Source: Nymphaea colorata (Eukaryota). From it: a DNA stretch of 64,000 bases. The position numbers and the translations under genes are program-made. Numbering within the stretch: the stretch's first letter is position 1; each line of letters opens with the position of its first letter. Where the stretch lies: contig NC_045138.2 of the NCBI RefSeq assembly GCF_008831285.2, forward strand, positions 2,914,001 through 2,978,000. The letters are read 5' to 3'. Under the pieces are notes generated by a model that was not told where the DNA came from, ran no database searches, and worked only from the letters and a program-made list of their open reading frames with translations. Positions 51,401 to 64,000 of this stretch are shown here, in pieces.

Positions 51401-54400
51401 ACTTTTTTGAGAACTTGGACTTTGTCAAACTTGACCACATCTAATTTGCCCCGTAAATGAAAACATGTTTTAAGTAATTCTAATATGCATTGCTAACTTA
51501 TGTAACAGGCATCTGTCTTAATTATTGAGAACTTTACATTTATAGATATTCTTTGCTACTTTTCTATACTGTTTTATTTGCCGGTTCTTCTCACAAAATG
51601 CAAATTATGATGTTCTTACATCCAATTTAATGCACTAGTTGTGGTACATATCTGATTACCAAATATGAAGTAGCATCCTTAGCAATTTACTATATATTAT
51701 TTGTGGAAAATTATTTATATATGCTTTAGCATTTTTATGTGCATATCCAAGTAAACTGTTTTAATGCTATGTGGCTCTGCTTTCAATTGCGTGTACAAAA
51801 TTTTTGATAAGGAAAAACAGTGAGTGATTCCATAACTTCACAAGTGTTAAATGTTTACTAGGATGATCAAACTTGTATACAAAGACACCGTACTTCTTTA
51901 CTCATAGATCAGGATGCGAGAGAATTATTGATTGGACCCTTAAGTCATTGCCTTATTGGTGTCCAGTAGTTACGTCATTCACATGTGGTATTCAGGTAAG
52001 TCTGGATACATGAATCTCTATCAAAGTCCTTGGACATGCCAAGAAAAGCGTGTGGCCTACAGCTTGATCTAACACTCTTTTGAGTTGATTAATCAAATTC
52101 AAATTACATGCTGGCCTAACGAAAAGCTTAGTTTTGTGGGAATCATGGCCCTTTTTTAGCTTCTTTTAATACATCAAGAATAATCTGGCTGCGGGAAGAT
52201 CATCCCTAGGCTGCCTGATTGGCGGTGCAGGCAGAATAGCCTAAAGGTGGCTAGGATGCCCCATCTTTAGGGATTAAAATCAGCATGAACTTTTCTATAT
52301 GTTCAGACCAGAGATCCTTAGAACTTAGGGTCTTCATTTCAGTTCCCCCATATCTTATTATCTAAATTTTACAAGTGCATAAAGTGCACACCTAGTGGCA
52401 TGTTACTAGCTTGCAGCTGAGACCTATTGACAGATCTCACTATGGCCACACTATATCTTTGGTTTATCCAGTGTTGTAAAAGTCAGAAAGAGTCAAATCG
52501 GGCAGGCTGCCAATTTCCATTGAATTGGCCAATTCAGCAATTCATCTGAATCAGCTATGAATCTGCAAAAGATAATAGTATATACATTTTTCAAATTTAG
52601 AGGAAAATATACAAGAATAATTAAATAGAAAAAATAAAATTATTTCAAAAAATAATAAAAATGGATTGTGTATGAAAGATCACATGGCACACTTTATTGT
52701 TTGATGATCGAATCCATTTGCCAGTAATTTGATTTAAGTAGGCTCGTTCAGGCTGATTTCGACAACACATTTATCCAAACACCAGATCAGAAGTCCCTAA
52801 TTTTGGTGGATTTGAAAAAATTAGATCAAGAAAAAAATAAAATTTTTCAGCAAACCATATTATTTCAGGTTCAGTAGAATGAAAATAAAAGGTATTAGGC
52901 AGGATTGTTGGGCAAAGTTTAACTAAAAATAGAGCTAAATATTATGAATCTCAGCATCAAAAGTTTTATCCCAGATCTGTTCATTGAAGCACTCTCCAAT
53001 TCAAGTTCCTTTTTTCTGCATAAAGAAACAAGAATTTAGAAATAGTACTTTTCTATAGAATAGGAAACATATCCATATTCCTTCCTTCTCAAGATATTAT
53101 TATCTTTTGTTCCATTGGAAGTGTAAAGGAACTGTTGACTTGTAAATGGATGTTCTTGTTCATTCCTTCCTTTTTGACCAAAATAGAGCATGAGAACTGG
53201 GAGAATCACATAGAAATGTGGCAGAGCCCCATTCTTCAAGATACAAGTCTTCCTGATTGGTAGGTTCCTTGAGGCTAAGTTGCATTTCCTCATCATCAGA
53301 ATAGTTTAAAAGTTTAAAACAGGAAAGACTCATCTTTTGTTACAGGTATAGGGTGACCCTCTTTAATGAGCTTTATTATCTTAATGCGGGAGGAACAATT
53401 TGGACAGGTATTTTTTTGCCCGAATTTTCCTGCTATCATAACCATTGCACATTAGTGAATCTTCACAGCGTACTTCCTGCAGATGGCAATCCTCCTATTC
53501 GGGAACATGTTTCTGCTATAGATGAAAAATTTTCCCTTGATAAATCCAGTTGTAACAACTTGGGTAGCGGCAACCATGATACTGCAGTTGATATCCTTGA
53601 TAGGATGGCTGGCATTCTTGAACAGATACGTAATCCCCAGACGTCAAACTCAGCATATGGACCTTCATTGCTTCAAGATGGAGAAGAAAATGTCGGACAA
53701 TTCTTATATCTTGAAGGAATTGAGTATCTTATGTGGAACACTTATGATGTCCACTTTTATGCATCATTTGCCTTAGTAATGACATTTCCAGAGCTTGAAC
53801 TAAGCATCCAGAGAGATTTTGCAGCAGCTGTAATGATGAATGATCCCGAAAAAGTGCAGACGTTATCTGATGGTCAGTGGGTTGCAAGAAAGGTTCTTGG
53901 TGCTGTTCCCCATGATCTTGGACTGCACGATCCCTGGTTTGAAGTGAACATTTATAACCTCCACAACACAGATAAGTGGAAAGATTTAAATTCAAAATTT
54001 GTACTTCAAGTGTACAGGGATTTTGTTGCAACTGGTAATAAGTCATTTTGCCGTGCTGTTTGGCCATCAGTTTACATGGCCATGGCTTACATGGAGCAGT
54101 TTGACAAAGATATGGATGGGATGATTGAGAATGAAGGTTTTCCTGATCAAACGTATGATGTCTGGGCTGCAACTGGTGTAAGTGCTTATACAGGAGGTCT
54201 TTGGGTGGCAGCATTGCAGGCTGCTGCTGCTATGGCACATGAAGTTGGAGATCAGGTTTCTGAAGAAACTTTTTGGAATAAATTTGAGAAAGCTAAACGG
54301 GCATATGATACATTGTGGAATGGTTCTTATTTCAATTATGACAGTAGTAACAGCATTTCAAACTCATCTATTCAAGCAGATCAATTGGCTGGAAACTGGT

Positions 54401-56243
54401 ATATAGAATAGTTTTATCTTACATAACTTTCTACTCTGCTTATTTCATGCCCCTATTCTGATTAAATGGACGATATTGAAGGATCGATTCTTTTCTGTCC
54501 TAGAGTTTTCTATTGCATTTAGTTTAAGGGTTATGGAAATGCATCCATGCATGAGATTTTCACATTACAATCACGTCTGGCATAGTCACATGACTTAGAA
54601 ATTGTTAGTGGTCTTTGTCAGGTCATAATTATTTCTTCTCAGATAGTGTGAGTTGACTCTCTAGTACATCAAAGCACCAGGATTTATCTTAATTTTTCAT
54701 GTTATGCAACTGCATTTCATTTTAATGATATAGGCAGTTCATCTCTTTTCAGCTTACTGTTTTTTGTCTTCGCATTTTACCATGCCTATTTGAGTAGAAA
54801 GTGAACCTTGTTGATAAAAAACATCTTATGACTGACTAGGCATTTCATATCCTGAGTTGCTAACTATTATGACACCTGCAGCAGAAAAACGATGATATAC
54901 TTTTGTACTTGAGGATCACTAATCATTTGCAGGTACGCAAGGGCTTGTGGTCTTGCAGCAATTGTGGATAAAGGCAAAGCACAAATGGCACTTGAGAAGA
55001 TTTATAATTTCAATGTACTACAATTCAAAGAAGGAAAGCGAGGGGCTGTCAATGGGATGCTACCAGATGGACGAATTGATACAACAGCGATGCAGTCAAG
55101 AGAGGTATGGCCAGGGGTGACTTATGCTCTAGCTGCTAACATGATTCAGGAAGGCATGGAAGAGGAAGCTTTTAGGACTGCAGAAGGAGTCTATGAAGCT
55201 GTCTGGTCTCAACAGGGTCTCAGGTAATTCTATCAGCAATAATTTGTGGAGCTGCCATATTTTCTCTTTCTGCATGTCTTTGATGTATACGGCATCAATC
55301 ACTCAAGTTTCTTGTCCACTGTAGCTAGATCTGCAATTTTGTTTAATTTTCTGAAATTATCTACATGACAGTTATCTCTATTTTTGGAAAACCAGAAATC
55401 AACCTAAAATCAGTAACTTATCTAGGTAGGGATTTGACCTTATAGGGATTTAAAATTCAAATGTCTGAACAGTTCCATCTGAACTAAATCAAAGGCTTAT
55501 ATTATTCCTGATGGGTCTAGTTATTTTCAAAAAAAAGAAAAAAAAAAGCGAGAAAATGAAATGTCGTTTAAAACTTTAAAAAAACGCTTTTTTTAAAAAA
55601 AAAAACGTTATATCCTGTGTTCTCTATAGCAGCATCAGTAATGGTCGAATAGAATACAACACTAAAGGTTCTTTTACATTGATGAAGATTTTTGAAGCCC
55701 CCCCACCCAAAGCCATTGATAAGTCTGACAGCATCCCACTAATTATGATTTGTGACAAAGTTTATGATGTGTCAGCTTGCATCCCTTGCTGCAAGGTCGA
55801 AGTCAAATGCACTAACTGTTGGTGCAGGGAACTTGGAAGGTTTCATCAGCCAGAGGCCTGCAAATGTGGGCCATGTGGTTTTCCTTCATGTGTTTATTAT
55901 ATTCTTGTTGCTATTTAATTTTTCAGTGGCTTACGATTGCAATAATTACATTAAATTCCTTCCCAGTTTTGCCTTCCAAACTCCTGAAGCCTGGACAAGT
56001 GCCGACGAGTACCGGTCTATCTCCTACATGCGGCCTCTTGCCATCTGGGCGATGCAGTGGGCACTTTCATCCCCTCAGCGTGGCAAAGAAGTTACGAGGA
56101 TGAGAAGGGAAACAGGTGATTCTTTCATGCATCACACAGGATATGCAGCAGTCGCTGGCTTTCTGAGCCTGCCTGAAGAGCAAAAAGCCAAGAGCTTCAT
56201 CCGGGTCCTTTATGATTACACTTGCAGAAGACTCTGGCTTTGA
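45415..56243 (+). CDS. GBA2: Non-lysosomal glucosylceramidase (GH116), about 955 aa
   Basis: Exons, all GT-AG and phase-consistent, total 2868 nt: 45415-45504, 46529-46639, 46763-46819, 46936-47006, 47269-47368, 48435-48505, 48664-48764, 48871-48974, 49058-49111, 49285-49340, 49492-49530, 49656-49800, 50671-50852, 50939-51006, 53187-53259, 53346-53407, 53483-54398, 54933-55223, 55967-56243. Motifs: [46 protein letters not shown]. Confidence 0.95.
45853..46036. repeat. 92-bp tandem duplication in a GBA2 intron
   Basis: Two copies starting at 45853 and 45945, with 2 mismatches. Confidence 0.92.
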
Positions 56244-57409
56244 TTATCCAGCTTGGCTCAACACGGTTCTGTTCATACTCTCATTGATACAGTTACTCTT
56301 TTACAATGCGCTGGTCACTGGTGGAGTATAATCCGGCTTACCTCTGCTGAGCCGTTTAGACTAGATCAATGACCCTTCTCGAATCCGTAACCGAAGGATG
56401 TACGATAGATACAAGCTCATTGAATATAATTTATTTGTACTATAAAAACTTGTCTTTGACGATGTGAAATGTAATTTTACAAATTTATTTCCGATGACTT
56501 GTTATTGGAGGTTTCATCCATTAAAAGATTATGTAATTGAGATGAAAAAACATGGATTGTCTTTCCTCTTATTCCCGACATAGTGAACAAGTTACGGGTT
56601 CATATTTGTTATCACAACTATCTGAGTTCTTTTATGGGTTCAGATTTGTCATATACTAGACATGGGTTTTGCCGTCCACTATTTCCGATATTTGGCCAGT
56701 TCAGCCCAAGTCTGGCCATTTCTTACAAATCTTGACCACACGAATGTGGTTGGATAGTTGAAATTTATCTGCCTGGAAAATGCAATGTTTAAATCAAATT
56801 TTATGAGATCTTCGTCTTAAACTCGTTGATTTAATTGATTTCATAAAATTATATTGATACATCTCATTTTTAACAACTTTTTTGACGCGGAGATACCTGA
56901 AGCTTCTCCCCATTCCCCAATGCTCCTGAGGTTTGGTGAGGAGTGGAATACCTATCAACCTAAGTGTTGTACATCTATTGTTTGCAATAACTGGTTGCCT
57001 GTCTGTCAGCACAACCCACTATGCTACACCTTTCAAGAAAACAAATGAATTTGAAGAGTGGCCGTGATTGATTTGTCAAAATCAGCGAGAATTTGATCGA
57101 ACAAGCTGAACACGAGTGCAACTTCTGTGTCTATTAAATGCCCAAAATACTTGCAAAAGCTTTTCTAAAGCACATTTCGACCACCTATTATTTCGTTTTT
57201 AGACAGTTTAGAATTTACTTGACAAAATTAACGCAATTAATCAGTCCCCTGACAAGTAATAGTCTTTTTAATGAGTTGATATCAATGTACAAACTTATTT
57301 TTTTCTGAAGACCTATTATAACGAGTTGTAACCCTTTGGGGGAAAGGCCCCCTAACCTTTTATTCCAACACCAAAATATATATACAGCAAAAATTGACAA
57401 TCACTCTAA

Positions 57410-57982
57410 CTTACGAGCTAGAACGAGCAAGCTCATCAAAGGTCTGCAAACCCTCGCTCCATCAAAGGTCTCCTTTAAACCCTCGCTCATCAAAGGTCTG
57501 TTCTCTCTCCCTCAAACCCTCGCTCGAGGGAGGGTCTATTCTTCCCCAAACCTAGCTCGAGCAAGTGTTTATTTTAGGTTTTCAGGCTTCCAACTTGATC
57601 TGAAAATCATTCCTTTTTTCTTCTTTTTTAGATTTTTGTAACATATGATTGTCTTTTCTCCTTTGCAGAACCACCTTATGCGTCTTCTTCTATATTCCAT
57701 GCATGAAGTAATGTCGCCTTCCACAACAAAAGCATCTCGAACAAGCAATTAATCGAGGCCACAGCAAAAGCATCTAGAACAAGCAATTAATCAAGTTAAA
57801 CGAGTGATCGAGTCAATCTCAAGCTCGAACATAATTGATCGAGTCAAGCTCGAGCTACCATTGTAAAACTGGACTGGAATTCGACCCAAGCTCAAGCTGA
57901 CCAAAGGTCCAAAACAAGAGTCAAGCCAAGCTCGAGCTCAAGAAACTTGAGCTCGACTCACTCGACTCGTGTTCAGCCCTTA
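57410..57982. mobile_element. hAT-like non-autonomous element upstream of TBCE
   Basis: Multiple GAGCTCG/CTCGAG subterminal repeats ending in TTCAGCCCT. The left end and TSD are uncertain. Confidence 0.45.
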
Positions 57983-58270
57983 CTTTCTCTTCATTTTTTT
58001 TATTTTTTTTCTTTCTTCCAGCTGAAGAATTTTGACTGTACTGATTTTGCAATTTCGTCCGACTCAAACGAATCCGAACATTGAGCTCCACCCACTCGGC
58101 CGCATCAAGCAACGGCACAAAATATAAGGCGCCACCTTTCTCGTCAGCCTCTTCTTCAACCAGGAACCCGGGAAAGCTGATCAAATCTGAAGCCTCCCTC
58201 ACCATCTGGAAAAGTTTCCCGGGGATCGAAGGCCTCCCGCCGATGCAATAGTTCAAAAAGTAGCGCAGCC

Positions 58271-61200
58271 ATGTCGCTGAGTGAAGAATCAAAATTCGAA
58301 ATCGGTCAGAGGGTCCATAGCGTCTCCGATTCCCGTCGAATCGGCACCGTGATGTACGTAGGACCCGTCGACGGCTATTCGGGAACTTGGGTAGGCGTCG
58401 ATTGGGACAATGGCAACGGCAAGCACGACGGCACTGTCAAAGGGGTTCGGTATTTTCGCACCAGCGCCGAGCAATCGGGCTCTCTTGTTCGTTCCCACAC
58501 GATAAGCAAAGGGGTGTCCTTTATTGACGCCCTTGCTCGTCGGTACACTTGCGAGACTACAAAAGAAGAAGAAGGTAAGTGGAATTTTCTCTAGTTTAAC
58601 TCGTTTTCTCTTCTTGTGGATATGAAGGTGGGTTTCGTTATCACTGTTGTTCCGATTTGGTGTTTTACGAAGTGAAGTAGTTCGTTTGGATAGAAAATCA
58701 GAAAGAAGGGGCGCCTAAATTTGCGAGTCGAATTCATTTTGTTTATTGGTGCTTTTAGTATAGGCTGACCATGTTTTGCGAGTAAACCTCGTTAGTTCCG
58801 TTATCTTTTCCCTGTTTTTACATTGGTATTGCAAAATCTGAAGACTCTCTATAAAAGTATGAGTTTCCAATTCTCTTTTCCTTCTTGGTGGTGGTCTTAA
58901 TTTGGTATTTGCTTGCCGACTTTGGCCCTGTTATACCGGTTAGCGTCTGTATCTCTGACGATTTTATTCGGTTTGGTGCCTTTGCAATAGCTAGGATTTC
59001 TAACATGATCCAACTATTGCCACATATGATGCCTTCTAAGACGCTGCCTATTTTGTTATAAGATGAAATGTATGTCTATTCCATGAGGAAGAAGAGGGTT
59101 GCGATTCAACTCCTGGGAAAGGATAAAGTGCAAGAGAAGTTCAGCCGATTTGAAGAATTGGAACATGCTTCGCTTGCTTATTTAGGGGTGAGCTCGCCTG
59201 GGCCACAGCACGCAATCCATGGCGTTATACCAAGTAAGCTTCCTGTAGATTATTGTATGAGTTGAAAAGACCAGGATGAACATCATTCCTTCTAATGTAG
59301 CTTTTTTTTTTTGTATTGGTGGTGTTTTTGTTTCCACTAGTATTCTCACTGAACTGTTTGCCTCTTACTTTGTTCCTTCTTCTGTCCCTCAATTTTCCTT
59401 TCTGTATTTACTCAAGATTTTTTATTAGTACTCTTTTTCACTGATTTTGCAAGACTGGAACCAAAAAGGCCATGGAATTTCTCCAACAGACATGAGTAAG
59501 GAATAAAAGTTTTTGCCTTTTGAATAGGCTAGTTAACATGCTCACGATTATACTCTACAAATGTCATAATTTGGCCATCAGATATCTTCAGAAACGGAAA
59601 ATATAACAACCTTCAGTTGCAGCTCTGTTCTTCACAGAAGAGGGCGTTTGGGGTTAATTGGAACTTTGATGATGACTTTGAAGTCCAGTAGAGTCTCAGA
59701 GCAAAGAGGCAAAATTGGTTGAGGCTTTAGGCTTTTAGGCAAAAGTTGTCAAAGGCATGCTTGTAAAGGAAGAGTACCTGATCAGTCATTTTAATTCAAT
59801 CGACCAGGTCTGCTGATAATTGATATTGAAACAAAATGTGAGCATGCTGCCAGCGCTCACCCTAGCCAAAATTGAACTCTCTATGAGATTCATGGTTGCG
59901 CAACTTATAGATTCCTTATTCATGGAAAAACCTGGAAGGGGCCTTCCCCTTTGAAGATGGATGTGTGTGAGAAATTGAGCTGTCAAGACCACTTAGCTCC
60001 ATTGTTTATGCTTCATTTTCTTTTCTTTCGAGGAACCCCAGCAAGGAAAATAAATCACTGTTTAGGCTCCTGGAAGTCCATCAATTGAGTCTCTCCAAGA
60101 ATTGTTCCAAATTCCAATAATTACATAACCCAATTTGACCTGTAGATGAATATGCTTTTTCTTGAAAAACAGCTTCATTGAATTAATATCAACAATAATG
60201 ATATAGTTGTAGAGGAACATATATATCCTTTGATCTTGATGTAATCCAGCAGATAATTGGGGAAAGAAATTCCAATGCTGTCAATCAAAATGCTTACGAG
60301 TGAAGAACATCTATGGTTGCCTCCAAAAAATCCAATCTGGATCTGGAAATCAATTTCTGAAAGGATATATATTTTCAAGGTTGATGTCATGTGAAACTAA
60401 CAACCATCTCAAGTGCTTCAGAGGAACATGGATTTCTGTTTTCTTTTTTCAACATGTGTTTAAGGACACTGGAACTATTCGGCACAAACAGTCTATTGGC
60501 AATAAACAATGCAATAATATTGCCAGTTAAGCATGAACTGCTTTGTCATTAGATACTGCACTTATATGGATCAAGTGCAAATAATTGAGTACAAATGTCA
60601 AGCTGCACTTACGTAGATTACATATTAGGAGAGTTTCTAATTTAAGTTTACCGTCTGTTCCCTTTCTTTTGGTGAATTACCTTTTTCAACCTTGCATTCA
60701 GAAAGTTAGGCATGCTAGTTTTTGTAAGTGCTTCCATGATTGTAGACTATGACTTCGATGAAACTATTTCCTTCTCCTGTGTGCTTCTAAGAAAGTGATC
60801 TGCTTCTTTTCCTTTTGCTTCCAGTAATGCACACTTCTGTTGCAGTTGGAAAAAATAAGCTGTGAAAAATCTGGTTGAACTCGTAAAAACGGCTAATTCT
60901 TGCCTTGATCTTTTCTTCTTTGGCACTTCTGCAGTCACAGGATTTTGCTATTATATTTAAAAAATTTTGTTTTATTGCCAATTCAGATCTCAAGAATCTT
61001 GATCTCACTGGAAATTTACTTTCACAATGGAAGGTAAGTCCTTGACACCTTGTAAAAATCACAAAACTTCTATTAACCTGATTTTCAAGGAGACTTGCTA
61101 CGTACAACAAAAGTTTGGAAACTAGTATTCTTTCTCTAACAGCTTTTCATATGCTTGCACCTAAGCGAGCTGGTTAGTAGCCTTTGCCATGCATTGCACA

Positions 61201-63223
61201 TTTGGTGAAATTGACATGCTGAACCACATGATGATTGTGTCAACTTTGGTGCTTCCTGATACTATATTACCTTCTTCCTTTTTTTTTTTTTCTAAGTCCC
61301 CAATATTGGTCTCAGTTATACCTTGGTGTTGGTCTCAGCTATATCTTGGCAAGAAAAATCTTGGGATGATAAGGGTCTTTTGATAAATCATCAGATGGTA
61401 ACTGTGAGTTATGACAACTCATGCCATGACATGACAAACCTCTACCTGCTAGTAATATTAGCACAATTAGTTCTTTATAGTTTATACTCTTCCTAGGTAA
61501 CTAATTTGAATTTGATGGCAGGATGTGAACTCTATCTGTGAAGAACTTCCAGCTCTTGAAGTCCTTGATTTGACTAACAACCGCATGTCACATGATGTGT
61601 CTGGGATATCATCTCTCAGAAACATTCGCATTTTGGTCCTTAATAATTGTAGCATAACATGGAAGCAGGTATGGCTATGAGTAGGCAGTAACTTGATATG
61701 ACTCCTGCCTTTTTTATCCTAACCACTTAATTTGGGTTCAAACAGGTTGATGTGCTCAAACATTCTCTTCCAGCCCTTGAAGAGCTCCACTTGATGTCAA
61801 ATGGATTAATGAGAATTGAGGTAAAATGTACTCTTCACAATACAGGGAATGTCTCGTGGATACTCTCTTGGGTAGCTTTACATGGTAGCAAACAGCAAAA
61901 CACCTTGTTAGGAAGCTTGATGGTATAAAATTATAAAGGTTAGAAAATGAATATATATTGCTTTCATACAGGCTGAACCACATGTAGCATCATGCTCCTA
62001 CGTGGAAGGATTTGAGCACCTACGGATTCTCAATTTGGAGGATAACTTGATAGGTTTATGGGATGAGATTATGAAGTTTTCTCAGTTGAAAAGGTAAAGT
62101 ATGAGCCCAGACCTTCATATGCAGGCATGGTTGTTTTGACTATATGCCTCTTTCTGGATTTGTGTTAGTTTTTAAGTAAATCTCTTGGCCAGCTTGGAGC
62201 AACTTCGTTTGAGCAAGAACAACTTGAAAAGTATATCCTATCCTGCTGTTCGTCCTCATCATGATTCTGTACCTGGCGAGCCTTTTAAGAACTTATGTTG
62301 CCTGCTTCTGGGTAAATTTATTCCTTCCCTCTTTTTCGCAATTGTGAGTTAAATGTGTCTTTTTAGTTTCTTATTTTATCATTCTCAGGTGGTAACAAGA
62401 TTGAAGATTTATCATCTGTGGATTCACTCAATCATTTTCCAAATTTGAGAGTAAGATTCCTATATTTAGCTGTTCAATTACTTTAAAGTGTAAACTCATT
62501 GAAGTGTTTGTTACCAAACTTCTTTTTGTGGTGACAATTTATATAGAATGGTGAAAATATAATTACTACTGAATTTCCTATGATAATTCTGCTAATCAAA
62601 TATATCTGAAGGATGTTAGGCTTTCTGATAATCCAATTGTTGATCCTGCAAAAGGCGGCATCCAACGATTTGCTCTTATTGCACGTTTAACTAATGTCAC
62701 CATGCTGAATGGAAGTGAGGTAGTCAAGCAGAAACTTGGTAATTTGGTAAGTTAGTATGAGTTAAAAGATATAGCTCACAGTCACGTCATACTTGACAGG
62801 TGAGTGCAAAAGAAAGGAAGGATGCTGAGATAAGGTGAGATCTCAATAGATCATATTAAATGACAGGGAAGAAATATGAGCCTCTTCTTGTTATTGTTAT
62901 TATTTTAATGTTTTCTTTTCTGTCTCAATGTTGTGCTCATAGTCTTTCATAAAGAAAGTATACTAGCTAAAACTTCCAAAACTATGGAAATGGAATGCTT
63001 ATCAACCTTTTAGCAATAACAATCATTTTTTGGTTGAAAAGTTTCACAGTTGTTGCTTTAATTGAACTGAACTGTTTGCTCCCTAGAAATGTTTGTCATT
63101 TTCAATTTATCCCTCATATTGTTATGTTTCTTGTTGACTTGATTTGGTTTTCAGGTATGTCCATCTGGTGATGGCTAACATGCAGTTGGACAAACAAGAA
63201 GAGATCAGGGAAAAGCACCCAAG
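58271..63223 (+). CDS. TBCE: Tubulin-folding cofactor E (CAP-Gly plus LRR), 5' part; the gene continues beyond the window
   Basis: CAP-Gly motif WVGVDWD..GKHDG followed by LRRs. Phase-consistent exons: 58271-58574, 59063-59233, 60987-61033, 61522-61668, 61746-61820, 61972-62093, 62193-62311, 62389-62450, 62612-62719, 62800-62834, 63155-63223. Confidence 0.95.
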
Positions 63224-63314
63224 GTAACTTTTCTCTCGGAGCTCTTTAGGATTAGTTGGTCCATGCTCTCAAGTTCAACTTTTAGATAATGCAGGAACAA
63301 AAGCTTGGCTTTGG

Positions 63315-64000
63315 TGTAACACCCCAGAAGTTTAGTCCCGTATCGAAGATTGTGAGGGATCTTCAAGGACTTATAAAGGGAGGCTTTAATGAGATGATTG
63401 TCCTGGTTCCTAGCCTTTTTAGGATTGGAACCGAAACTGCTAGGGGGTGGGTTGGGATCCGTCAAACTAGAGGCCCGAGCCCAGGATTGGGTCGGGTTGT
63501 TATATTTGGAGCATCTTATTTGTTGTTCCTTTTCAGCAGATTTTCTTATTTTATGATTGATCAGAAGCCTCATATTACATGATGCAGTGATTGGAGGTCT
63601 TTGCTCTAATCCCAATGAACAACTATGAACCGAACAAAGAAGAATGGAACAAACAAAAAGTAAAACGCAAATTGCATGGAAGAGAATAAATGCAATAAGA
63701 AACAGGAAATTGACCAAAAGGAAATTAGGGCTTCATTAATCTTAACCAACCCCAAATGAATCACCAGCTTGTCTTAAATAGGTCTTTTCTAACTACATTG
63801 GATCTTGGATGTAGTATTGAAATAAGAGGTCCAAGCTCAACCTGATAAATGAAACAAACAAAGATTGAAATGAATAAAATATAACATGAATACAATCTAA
63901 ATCTAATATGAAATAAACTGCTCATGTGTCATTGTTCCTGGGTTGAAGAAGTGTCGTCCTTAATGATGAGATATCTGAAGTTTCGGGTCCGAAGAATGGA
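63315..64000. mobile_element. Possible Ty3/gypsy LTR start inside a TBCE intron
   Basis: Begins with TGTAACACCCC, a common gypsy LTR terminus. The other end is not in the window. Confidence 0.35.

Noticed and set aside
63205..63717. 170-aa minus-strand ORF
   Set aside because: Lies in a TBCE intron over LTR-like sequence and has no recognisable motifs.

Overview
Plant (angiosperm) nuclear DNA. The right third holds two intact spliced genes on the + strand: a GH116 non-lysosomal glucosylceramidase (GBA2-like, 19 coding exons read manually, about 955 aa, 45415-56243) and tubulin-folding cofactor E (TBCE/PFIFFERLING, from 58271, running off the window). The left 41 kb is a transposon and pseudogene region. 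It contains three Ty1/copia elements (one young and full-length with 355-bp LTRs and an ACGAG target-site duplication), LINE remnants, hAT and Tourist-like MITEs, microsatellites, and orphan gene fragments (last exon of an LRR-RLK, two PATROL1/unc-13 exons, a CDR1-like aspartic protease). The most notable structure is a 521-bp-arm, about 97%-identical inverted duplication centred at about 30182. Its longest perfectly paired stretch (84 bp) is a fragment of an ERF021/022-like AP2/ERF gene, which makes it a candidate proto-miRNA or hairpin-siRNA locus. It was later split by the young copia element, whose 3' LTR points into the stem. Also notable are two 240-265 bp pieces of the GBA2 and TBCE introns found again about 52-55 kb upstream inside retroelement debris. 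All identities were counted by eye; no database searches were run.
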